Assembly (NCBI GenBank): GCA_038065095.1
Contig: JBBTRR010000006.1
Span: forward strand, 84,713-148,712
Direction of reading: 5' to 3'
DNA from: Patescibacteria group bacterium
GTDB taxonomy: Bacteria > Patescibacteriota > Minisyncoccia > JACQLN01
Length of the DNA stretch: 64,000 nt
Of the stretch, positions 20,741 to 29,800 are shown piece after piece. Every line of letters starts with the position of its first letter. The stretch's first letter is position 1. A program made the translations under genes and the position numbers. The notes under the pieces were generated by a model that was not told the origin of the DNA, ran no database searches, and saw only the letters and a program-made list of their open reading frames with translations.

Positions 20741-20772
20741 ATAGTATATCCGATATATATCGGATATACTAT
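20741..20772. promoter_or_regulatory. Perfect 32-bp palindrome, candidate operator
   Basis: atagtatatccgatatatatcggatatactat; related ATATCCGATA/TATCGGATAT inverted repeat at 33763-33786. Confidence 0.45.
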
Positions 20773-21158
20773 ATGATTAATTTTAGCATTAAATAAAAAA
20801 TACAGCATTGTGGATTAAATTTTGTCTTACAAAAACAGGCGTCAATAAATTAATGTCGCACAACGGCGACAATCTGTGAAAAAGAAATTGAATTTGGGGA
20901 TATTAATTAATCTCAAGGCTAAACCTTGGAACTTCTTTAAAGTTTAGCCTTGCTAAGAAAATTATGCAATGTCTTTTATAGTTTATTAAAAACCTAAAAC
21001 ATTACTAATTGTTAGTAATAAATTAATAAAACTATGCATAAAGATTACAAAACATTAATATAGTAGCTTTTGCTAATACGGCTATAGCCTCTAAAAAGAT
21101 CGTGCTGTATAATGTACCTATGCCTAAGAAAAATAATTACATCACATAGAATTTAGGT

Positions 21159-21809
21159 TTATCTATCCCAATTCCACTCTTTAAACCCTTTTCCTGCCTC
21201 TCCTTTTTCCCACTTAGCCCTTTCAATTATCTGCCCATTTTCTAACCGTACCGATCCTTGTTCTTTTAAACTTTTTCTAAACCAATCTTCTTCATCTTTG
21301 CGCCGATCTTTCTGGCGTTTTAGTTTATCTGCTACCGATAATATTCCTTCGCTTCCCATTTTATCTGTTAAAGATTTTTGCAGTTTATCTAGTAAATAAT
21401 TTAATTCTTTGGCACGAAGTTTTAGTTGTAAACAAATGGGCAAAATGGGATTAAGGGGATAAAACAATATTTTCTCCCATTCCCTTTTCTCCCATTTCCC
21501 CCCTTCCACCCCCTTTGCGGCGTAAACGCCGCGTAGTATATCCGTAAAATCTTCTTCTAGTTCTGCGTTAGACGCAACAGCGTAACCCAAAAATTGATAA
21601 TATTCGCGGGTTGAATTTCTTTTCCAACCCTCGGTTATATTTTGTTTTGTTGAACGAGCTGATCTTTCCATTTGATCTGAAAGGGCTAAAAGGGTTTTTG
21701 AATGGGAGAAAGTTTTTACATAATCTGCTAAAGCCATCTGCAACTCTTCAGCTTTTTTATAAACCAGCAACTCTCTATACCCATATAAACTTTTAGCTTG
21801 TTTGATCAT
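21159..21809 (-). CDS. Four-helix bundle protein (23S rRNA IVP/Avd-like family) with a C-terminal extension
   Basis: YRELLVYKKA...DQMERSARSTKQNITEG...YYQFLGYAVASNAEL. Confidence 0.82.
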   Translation of the reverse strand: MIKQAKSLYGYRELLVYKKAEELQMALADYVKTFSHSKTLLALSDQMERSARSTKQNITEGWKRNSTREYYQFLGYAVASNAELEEDFTDILRGVYAAKGVEGGKWEKREWEKILFYPLNPILPICLQLKLRAKELNYLLDKLQKSLTDKMGSEGILSVADKLKRQKDRRKDEEDWFRKSLKEQGSVRLENGQIIERAKWEKGEAGKGFKEWNWDR

Positions 21810-22014
21810 ATTTTTTTATTTCTTTCCCATTTTCACCCTTTTTTTCTATTCACCGTCTTTTATCCTCTCCTTTCTTCCTCTTTCTTCCCTTTTTATTTTT
21901 CCCATTTTCTCCCCTTATTCCCTTTTTTCTTCACCCCTTTCTTCCCCCTTTCCCAATCCCATTTCTCTTTATCCTGAGCCTGTCGAAGGACCTTTTCCAC
22001 CCCTTTTTCTTTTT

Positions 22015-23496
22015 TTATGGAGTTTCCGCTGGAGGTGTTACCGGTTCCTCGACCACAGCGACAGGTTCTTCTGCAGGCGGTGTTACCACAGGCTCTTCAA
22101 CCAGAGGCAGGATGGATTCCTCGGTTGTTGGAGGAATAATCTCTTCCACTGGGGATGCAACTGCTTCTGCGAGCGGAGCTACTGGTTCAATGGGTGTAAC
22201 AGGATTAATGGGTTCCAAAGGGGTTTCTGAAGGAGGTTGTGATGGGGTCAAAGGAGCAACTTCCTCTGCTCCTTTCTTCCTTGCAATAACCATCCAATCA
22301 AAAGTTCCGCCTTCATCAAAAGCATTTATTTCTTTAACTTCAAAACCAAATCTGGTTTTTTGGCTAACATATAACGGGCCGTTCAAACGGCTGGTTGGTG
22401 TTAAAATAACTTTTATATTTTCGGTTTCGGAAATAAGCGAAACAAAACTTTCATCAAATTTTATTTTAATTCCAGCCGATGCCAATCCAGTTTGAGCATC
22501 GACTGGTAACGTAACTAAAGTGGCCGATCCCGAAGCTATAACTTCATCTCGGCTGGATGTTATGCCAAAAGTTTTAAAATTAACATCGGTTTCGGTTTCG
22601 TCTTTCTTTATTAACTTGGTGGTTTCAGCTAAAGCCGCATTAGCCCAATCGCCTATTGTTGACGCAATCGAAGCAAGCGTGGATTTGGCAACCGTGATTG
22701 CATTATTAATAAAACCCGAAGGCACAGGAGCTTCGCTCCCACTTGGGAGCGAAGCTCCCAAGTTAACGGCCTCTAAATTGGCAACCCTAGTTTTAATATC
22801 TTCTATTTGAACTTGTTGCGCCTTCACACCAGCTAATATAAACGAAGAGAGTTTGTATATATCTACGCCTTTACCATCTATACTTAGAACTTCGGCTGGA
22901 GCTTCTTCTGCTATTAAACCCAATCTCTTGGGATTAGCAGAGTCTTCTATACCATAGTGATAAGTGGCCACATTAGCAGATTTAATTTTTTCCAGAATGT
23001 TTTTTTCTTCTTCGCCTGTTAAATATTGTATATCTATTTTGGAACTACGCGTAGATATATTTACAAAAGCCGTGGCAGCGATATCTCCCACAACCGAAAG
23101 TTTATAGCTTGGAGTAGATGTACCGATACCAACACGGCCAGCCGATGTAACCACAAAAGAAGTTTCTTCGGAATCATTAACCTGCAGTTTCGCGGTGGGC
23201 GTGGTAGTACCGATGCCGACGTTGCCACTCATATTTATATAAGTGTTATGCGCAAAAATATCGTTGCCCACAAAGTTGTGCGTATCTTCCACTTCAATAT
23301 CGTAAACTTGTTCGCGGCCAACGGGTTTAATAGCCACAATTTCGTCCCAAAACACGTCGCTCTCTGTTACATCAACACGACCAGATAAACCACCATTTTT
23401 ATGCAAATCTAAAACACCTTTTTTGGGTACGGCAATAAACTCGCCGACTTTAATCTGCGATATTTTTTTCCATTTAGTTTTTTCTTTGATTGGCAT
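22015..23496 (-). CDS. Intein C-half fused to a GNVGIG repeat, a peptidase S74-like chaperone domain and a Pro/Glu-rich tail
   Basis: WKKISQIKVGEFIAV...VYDIEVEDTHNFVGNDIFAHN|T (intein blocks F/G); RLGLIAEE...GVDIYKL (S74-like). Confidence 0.85.
   Translation of the reverse strand: MPIKEKTKWKKISQIKVGEFIAVPKKGVLDLHKNGGLSGRVDVTESDVFWDEIVAIKPVGREQVYDIEVEDTHNFVGNDIFAHNTYINMSGNVGIGTTTPTAKLQVNDSEETSFVVTSAGRVGIGTSTPSYKLSVVGDIAATAFVNISTRSSKIDIQYLTGEEEKNILEKIKSANVATYHYGIEDSANPKRLGLIAEEAPAEVLSIDGKGVDIYKLSSFILAGVKAQQVQIEDIKTRVANLEAVNLGASLPSGSEAPVPSGFINNAITVAKSTLASIASTIGDWANAALAETTKLIKKDETETDVNFKTFGITSSRDEVIASGSATLVTLPVDAQTGLASAGIKIKFDESFVSLISETENIKVILTPTSRLNGPLYVSQKTRFGFEVKEINAFDEGGTFDWMVIARKKGAEEVAPLTPSQPPSETPLEPINPVTPIEPVAPLAEAVASPVEEIIPPTTEESILPLVEEPVVTPPAEEPVAVVEEPVTPPAETP
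23245..23496 (-). other. Split intein C-terminal half (84 aa, ends His-Asn, +1 residue Thr)
   Basis: Blocks F and G visible in the translation. Confidence 0.85.
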
Positions 23497-23533
23497 ATTT
23501 TTTATAATTATTTTTTTCTTTTTGCTAGTCTTT

Positions 23534-23577
23534 AAGGTCAGACCTTTTTCTTAACGGGCATATTAAGGTCAGACCTT
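23534..23577. repeat. Paired AAGGTC-N-GACCTT palindromes; direct repeat of 26270-26313
   Basis: aaggtcagacctt-tttcttaacgggcatatt-aaggtcagacctt; 40/44 identical to the second copy by eye. Confidence 0.85.
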
Positions 23578-23628
23578 GGAACTTAATATTTTTATTTTTC
23601 GCCCCATTGGGACGCGAATCTCGGCAGA

Positions 23629-23667
23629 AATATCGGCACTGGGGCGTTCAACGTCGGGACTGGGACG
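23629..23667. repeat. 39-bp GC-rich direct repeat (other copy 25414-25452, partial copy 24504-24525)
   Basis: aatatcggcactggggcgttcaacgtcgggactgggacg versus aatatcggcacaggggcgttcaacctcgggagcgggtcg. Confidence 0.8.
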
Positions 23668-24085
23668 GCTCATACCACTTCTGCCACGACTTTTCCAAAC
23701 GAAATATCTTTGTTCTAGCTTCGCTGTAACGCCGAACCAAATCATCAACTAACTCCACATCAATTTTGTCGCCATAAATTCCCTTGGCCTGTTCCAAATA
23801 TACCACCATTTTATTGCACCCCACCAAAATCCGCTCTAGCATACTGATAGAATTTTCGTGATTACCAAAACGAGTGGAATGAGCTGAAGCCAAAGCCATC
23901 GGCAAACCCAAAGCACACTTCACTAATTCTTCCACAAATGGGCATTTAATTTTAGCCAGTCCAGCGCTAATATCTTTAACCACGATCACCGAGGCTTCCA
24001 AAGTTTTTTGATACACTTCCAAATCCCGGAAGCTCCTGACCGGTTTTTTTACAGAATAAGTTTTTTGAGAATTATAGTTTATCAT
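23648..24085 (-). CDS. Four-helix bundle protein (IVP/Avd-like, divergent)
   Basis: SFRDLEVYQKT N-terminal motif; helical pattern. Confidence 0.75.
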   Translation of the reverse strand: MINYNSQKTYSVKKPVRSFRDLEVYQKTLEASVIVVKDISAGLAKIKCPFVEELVKCALGLPMALASAHSTRFGNHENSISMLERILVGCNKMVVYLEQAKGIYGDKIDVELVDDLVRRYSEARTKIFRLEKSWQKWYEPSQSRR

Positions 24086-24099
24086 TTTTTTCGCATTAT

Positions 24100-25518
24100 C
24101 TAAACTATCTTTAATTTATTTTCTCTCGGAATCTCAAACGCCATACCCTTATTTTTTAAATAAACTTTTTTCTTTTTGCGATCCGATATTTTTTTAACCA
24201 CATGCAACGGATAAAATTCAAAATAATCTTTTTCATCAAACCAGCCGCACTTAAATTCATATAATCGCAAACCGGTCAGACGCGACAAGGCCAAAGCATA
24301 CCACTCCAATTGTTCAATTGGCTTTTCTTTGGCGGCGTTGGGTTTGTAATCAAGAATATGAATCTGGCCGTTTCTAATTTGAAGCAAGTCTATGTGGCCA
24401 GTGAGCAATCTTGGCACCCCAGCGCCGACTTTGTCTTCTGCCGGCCTTGTGGCCGTCTCATTGCCGATGTTTTCCGAATCTGTCCCTTGTTGCTCAACGC
24501 CAAGTTCAACCTCGGGAACGGGACGATCCCAAATCTTAAAATTCAACACATTTTCCATATGTTCAATATCTTCTTTTCTAATATACACCGGCACTTCCGA
24601 AGCTACAGTAACCGAATCATTGGCCACCATAAACATCTGCAAGCGGTCGTGCCTAGCTTTATTATCGCTCACGCCCTGCAAAACAAACTCGGCCAAGCGG
24701 TTGGCATAATTTTGTTTTGAATGCACAATCATTTGAGCTTTGCTAAATTTAGTTTTAACTTCCGACATCCGCCCGCCTTCCTGAAAATATTGATGCGGGG
24801 TTTCAGCCGAAACCGCGTCTAAATAATCTTTTAATGGTTCAAAATTTCGGTTTTTAAATTCCTGCAAAGCTAATGCTATTTTGGGCCGATGGTAACGAAA
24901 GCGATACAACTGCCGATGCGCCATGGTTACGGTTTCTATAGTTTTTTCAGGCGAACACATTTTTGTGGCGTAAGGCCTCAATCTGGAATAACGGCACAAC
25001 TCGGCATATTCTTCTACCCAGCCCGATAACGTAGAGGCGCCGGGGTTAACGCCAAATTTTTGGTTTAACGCGCGGCAAGTAGCTTCCAAAGTGTGGCCGA
25101 GATTGTAAATAGTTAAACCCGCCATAATTACATTCACCGGAAACTTTTTTCCTTTTACAAATTGAGCGGTGAACACACGAGAACAAGCGTGACACAAATA
25201 TAATTGAACGGTTTCAAATTTCTTTTTTCTAACCCCGCGTTTTACAAAATCCGTAGATGAACAATAAGGGCAACGCTCGGCGATTCGGGATTCCCCCATC
25301 CCAGTGCCGAGCGCCCCGCTCCCGATATTGCCTTTATGTTGAATTGCAGAAACTTCCGATGTTGCTTCTGAAAAAACTTCGGCATCGGGTCGTGCCAAAA
25401 GGCCTGCCTTTTCAATATCGGCACAGGGGCGTTCAACCTCGGGAGCGGGTCGACTAAATTTATTCATAATTTTTCCTAATAAGTTTTTCATGACAAGTAA
25501 ATTAACAATCATTGACAC
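24100..25518 (-). CDS. Zn-ribbon/HTH plus PD-(D/E)XK nuclease (true start may be 25467 or 25299)
   Basis: CPYC...LCHAC InsA-like zinc ribbon, HTH-like region, C-terminal GHIDLLQ...ILDYK...QL..YALAL. Confidence 0.75.
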   Translation of the reverse strand: MSMIVNLLVMKNLLGKIMNKFSRPAPEVERPCADIEKAGLLARPDAEVFSEATSEVSAIQHKGNIGSGALGTGMGESRIAERCPYCSSTDFVKRGVRKKKFETVQLYLCHACSRVFTAQFVKGKKFPVNVIMAGLTIYNLGHTLEATCRALNQKFGVNPGASTLSGWVEEYAELCRYSRLRPYATKMCSPEKTIETVTMAHRQLYRFRYHRPKIALALQEFKNRNFEPLKDYLDAVSAETPHQYFQEGGRMSEVKTKFSKAQMIVHSKQNYANRLAEFVLQGVSDNKARHDRLQMFMVANDSVTVASEVPVYIRKEDIEHMENVLNFKIWDRPVPEVELGVEQQGTDSENIGNETATRPAEDKVGAGVPRLLTGHIDLLQIRNGQIHILDYKPNAAKEKPIEQLEWYALALSRLTGLRLYEFKCGWFDEKDYFEFYPLHVVKKISDRKKKKVYLKNKGMAFEIPRENKLKIV

Positions 25519-25564
25519 AACTTACATATTTGACATTACCGTTAAATAGATTATCATTGTATTT

Positions 25565-25819
25565 ATGAAAATGGCTACCAAAAACAACATTGGCGGAGCT
25601 ATCGTTATCAAGCAGAAAGTTAGGTTTGGCAAACCCTGTATTAAGGGAACTAGAATTGCTATTGCCGATATCTTGAACCTTTTGAAAGCCGGTTATGCTA
25701 TTGAGGAAATTCCAGAACAATACCCCAACATAACCACCGAAGATGTGCGCTTGGCTTTGCGCTACGCCGCGAGGACAATGGCCAAAGAAGAAATTCTGGA
25801 AGTTGCTCCCGTGCAGTAG
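25565..25819 (+). CDS. DUF433-family antitoxin (VapB45-like)
   Basis: FGKPCIKGTRI...ILNLL..G..IEEI...YP.IT.EDV..AL.YA. Confidence 0.88.
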   Translation: MKMATKNNIGGAIVIKQKVRFGKPCIKGTRIAIADILNLLKAGYAIEEIPEQYPNITTEDVRLALRYAARTMAKEEILEVAPVQ

Positions 25820-25843
25820 AGTCAAACCGATTCTATTTACTAT

Positions 25844-26203
25844 ATGCTCAAAATTTTTGCCGACGAGTGCATTAACACCGACCTTGTTTTGACTATTAAG
25901 AATAGTGGTTTTTATGTTCTCTCCACCAAAGAAGCTGGGCTTACTGGCGCCAGTGATGAAGAAGTTTTTGATTTTGCTATCGAAAAAGACTTGGTTATTC
26001 TTACTGCCGATCGCGGTTTCGGCGATATCTTTCGTTTCAATATTGGAAATAGCCGTGGTGTCATTGTTGTTCTGGTAGATCAGATGACGCGAGAAGAAAT
26101 TATTAATGTAACTGTGGGGTTTTTTAATTTTATTAAGAAATCTGGAATTGAAGGCAAACTGGCTATTATCGGCAAAAACAAAATCAGAATTGTTGGACGA
26201 TAA
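25844..26203 (+). CDS. PIN-like toxin (DUF5615/VapC45-like)
   Basis: KIFADECI...GASDEEVF.FA....VILTADRGFG; follows the DUF433 gene. Confidence 0.85.
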   Translation: MLKIFADECINTDLVLTIKNSGFYVLSTKEAGLTGASDEEVFDFAIEKDLVILTADRGFGDIFRFNIGNSRGVIVVLVDQMTREEIINVTVGFFNFIKKSGIEGKLAIIGKNKIRIVGR

Positions 26204-26233
26204 ATATTGGAAATATATTTGGGGTTTACCCAC

Positions 26234-26268
26234 GACCTCCGCCGGAAACGGTGGGGGGTCTATTTTTT
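26234..26268 (+). terminator. Intrinsic terminator after the TA pair
   Basis: gacctccgccg-gaaa-cggtggggggtc followed by a T run. Confidence 0.6.
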
Positions 26269-26269
26269 C

Positions 26270-26313
26270 AAGGTCAAACCTTTTACTTAACGGGCATATT
26301 AAGGTTTGACCTT
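26270..26313. repeat. Paired AAGGT-N3-ACCTT palindromes; direct repeat of 23534-23577
   Basis: aaggtcaaacctt-ttacttaacgggcatatt-aaggtttgacctt. Confidence 0.85.
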
Positions 26314-26461
26314 TTTCTATACCTTTTTGGTCTTGTTTCATATCACGACTAAGCGTGATCAAAATCTCACGAGTTTCGGAAATATAAGCACTACCACCGC
26401 CAGCCGTGATACAGATTCCACTGTTTTTTAACTTAATTTTATAAAAAATATTTTTCATATT

Positions 26462-26812
26462 CTAAGAATTATCACTGACAATTTCGGCAAAGTCCCCGCG
26501 CGACAAAAAGACCAGTTTCACAAGGTAAGGATGATTCGCGGTGGTTCTGATTTTTCGCCCCGACTTTGTTACAAGTTCAAAAACTTCCTGCACGCCCATA
26601 TCCATTAAACCATTTACTCGGGCATATTTTACGCAACCAGTTTTTTCATCCAAAGACATCACTTCATCGCCCGCCAAAATATCTTTAATCGCGACTTCAT
26701 CGTATTCAAATTCCCCCTCAAGGTCAGACCTTGGGAATTTTGGTTTTAAGGTCTGACCTTTTTCTTTCGGATGTTTGCGTCTCCTGCGAAGGCGTGTATC
26801 CCCAGTTACGCA
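26462..26812 (-). other. Split intein N-terminal half (116 aa from Cys1 to stop)
   Basis: CVTGDT...IKDILAGDEVMS...GRKIRTTANHPYLVK, then a stop with no C-terminal blocks. Confidence 0.85.
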
Positions 26813-29800
26813 CTGCGCCACAATGTTCACATTGCCCCCTAAACTGGCGTTACCAAGCGTTATATTGCCCGTAGCATCAACCACCATAGAAGGCGCGGCG
26901 GCGGGGGCGTTCGTTACATTTAAAACATTATTGATATTCTGAATACCCTTAACCAAAATCGGCACCAAGCCAGTAGTGTTTAACGACTTCATTCCATCTG
27001 CATCGGTAGCGATAAGTTTAGGAATTAAAGCTTCTACTTCTTGAGCAATAAAACCAAGACTCTTTGTTGTGCCATCATTTTCATAATTCCAATTGTAAAG
27101 AACTGGTCTTAAGTCCATTACCGTAGCTAGTCCATAATTTATGTCTTCAATATTTTTCTTTAATCTAACATCCGAAGAACAAGCTATTGTTCCGCCAGTG
27201 GCTAAAGTACAACCTGTGGTGTTCACATCAGTGAACTTTGCGATGGTTACTCCGGTACCAGTGCCTTTAACTTCTAGTGGAGCACCGGGATTCGTCGTCC
27301 CGATGCCGACGTTGCCGTTTTGGTCTATCCTCATCGCTGCATTCTGCACACCGTCTTTGTATGTTAAAAATCTAAAGACGCCAGAATCCGCATCAGCCAC
27401 ACTTGGCTGATTTGCTTCAATCTTTGCTATTAAATTCGCCCCGTTATAGAACCTGATGGTACCCAAATCTTCATCGGCGTTATTCCTCGAGCCTTTTAAT
27501 TGTAAAATTGAAGCGCCTAATCCGCTTCTTTCGATGGTGATGCCCTGTGCGTCCGTGGCTCCATAAATATGCAATTGGTTTCCCGGCCCCGTCGTCCCGA
27601 TGCCGACGCTTCCATCTTCTACCCACAGAGTGCTTCCGCTTGCTCCCCTCACCTCCAGCGTGGATGTGGCTATCAGCGAAGATGTGGTAGTCGTGCCCAT
27701 AGCATACAAGCCATCCATAGTTACATTGCCGTCCACTGCCAAAAGATTCCCGGGTGTCGTCGTCCCGATGCCGACGTTGCCGTTTACAACTAACTTCTGG
27801 TCAAAAGTCGCATCCCCCACATCAACATAAAGACCTCCTGAAGTGATATTTAAACCTCCTGTGCCTAAAGAAAGACCGCCATCAAATGTAGAAGTTGCTG
27901 TTCCGCTATTCTTTATTATTGTAGAAACATTAAGTATCGGAGTAGAAAATATGGTTGAAGCATTCAAATTGGGTAGAGTAGATGTAGCAGAACTAGCAGA
28001 AGTTAATTTTCCGCTAAATAATGAATCACCCGTAACATTTAAAGCATTGGCTGATAATCCTCCTGTGGCAAATATACCTCCTCCCGCAAATGTAGATGTA
28101 GCCGTGCCAGAGTTTTTAAGTATTGTAGAAACTTCTAAGGTTGGGGTTGTTAGTATAGTGGAAACATTTAATTGAGGGGCGGTTGATGTGGAAGCTCCCG
28201 TTAGAGTGAGTTTGCCACTGGATAAAATATCTCCTCCTGTAATGGTAAGCCCTGTGGCTGAACTTAGTCCGCCAGTAGTTAGTATGTTAATACCTCCAGT
28301 AAATGTAGAGGTGGCAGATTCTGTTACATCTAACGCTCCAGCGAATGTGTTGTTAGTGGTAGATGTGGCAGTAAGAAAAGAAATTTTTGTTTGACCTTCC
28401 ACGGTTAGTTCACCAATATTGGCATTGCCTTGAACGGATAAGAGACTGCCGGGTGTAGAAGTTCCAAATCCAACTTTTTCTTTAAATACTGCCAGCACAT
28501 TGCCACCAGTGTAAGCCGAGCTTCTGACTTCCAATGTAGAGGTGGCAATGAGAGAAGAGGAGGTGGAGGTGGCTTGGGTGTAGAGAGAATCAAAGTTTCC
28601 AGAACCGTTCACATCCAGGAGATTCCCGGGTGTCGTCGTCCCGATGCCGACGTTGCCGTTTACAACTAACTTCTGGTCAAAAGTCGCATCCCCCACATCA
28701 ACATAAAGACCTCCTGAAGTGATATTTAAACCTCCTGTGCCTAAAGAAAGACCGCCATCAAATGTAGAAGTTGCTGTTCCGCTATTCTTTATTATTGTAG
28801 AAACATTAAGTATCGGAGTAGAAAATATGGTTGAAGCATTCAAATTGGGTAGAGTAGATGTAGCAGAACTAGCAGAAGTTAATTTTCCGCTAAATAATGA
28901 ATCACCCGTAACATTTAAAGCATTGGCTGATAATCCTCCTGTGGCAAATATACCTCCTCCCGCAAATGTAGATGTAGCCGTGCCAGAGTTTTTAAGTATT
29001 GTAGAAACTTCTAAGGTTGGGGTTGTTAGTATAGTGGAAACATTTAATTGAGGGGCGGTTGATGTGGAAGCTCCCGTTAGAGTGAGTTTGCCACTGGATA
29101 AAATATCTCCTCCTGTAATGGTAAGCCCTGTGGCTGAACTTAGTCCGCCAGTAGTTAGTATGTTAATACCTCCAGTAAATGTAGAGGTGGCAGATTCTGT
29201 TACATCTAACGCTCCAGCGAATGTGTTGTTAGTGGTAGATGTGGCAGTAAGAAAAGAAATTTTTGTTTGACCTTCCACGGTTAGTTCACCAATATTGGCA
29301 TTGCCTTGAACGGATAAGAGACTGCCGGGTGTAGAAGTTCCAAATCCAACTTTTTCTTTAAATACTGCCAGCACATTGCCACCAGTGTAAGCCGAGCTTC
29401 TGACTTCCAATGTAGAGGTGGCAATGAGAGAAGAGGAGGTGGAGGTGGCTTGGGTGTAGAGAGAATCAAAGTTTCCAGAACCGTTCACATCCAGGAGATT
29501 ACCGGGCGTTGTCGTCCCGATGCCGACGTTGCCGTTAGGATCAAAAGTCAGTCTGGCGTTTCCTCCTATAGGGTCTCCTCCTTTAGTAGTGCTTTGATAT
29601 ATAATAAAATCCCCATATTGCTGATAACTCATAGCGAAACCATAATTTCTCACAGCAGCAGTTGTGTCACTGCTTTTCATTCTAAATGTTGGAGAAATAC
29701 CAGTTGATAAACCACTAATAGTTAACCCTTTTGTATTGGTTCCAGTTGCGACTTCAAGAGTATCTGCTGGTGCCGTCGTGCCGATGCCGACGTTGCCGCC

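Noticed and set aside
21802-22230. 142-aa Phe/Pro/Ser-rich ORF
   Set aside because: Arises from the pyrimidine-rich repeat array and antisense overlap with real genes.
23534-26464. DNA excision between the 44-bp repeats restoring a contiguous intein
   Set aside because: The TAG at 26462 lies outside the repeats, and the joined sequence meets a TAA before the C-half ATG, so the frame is not restored.
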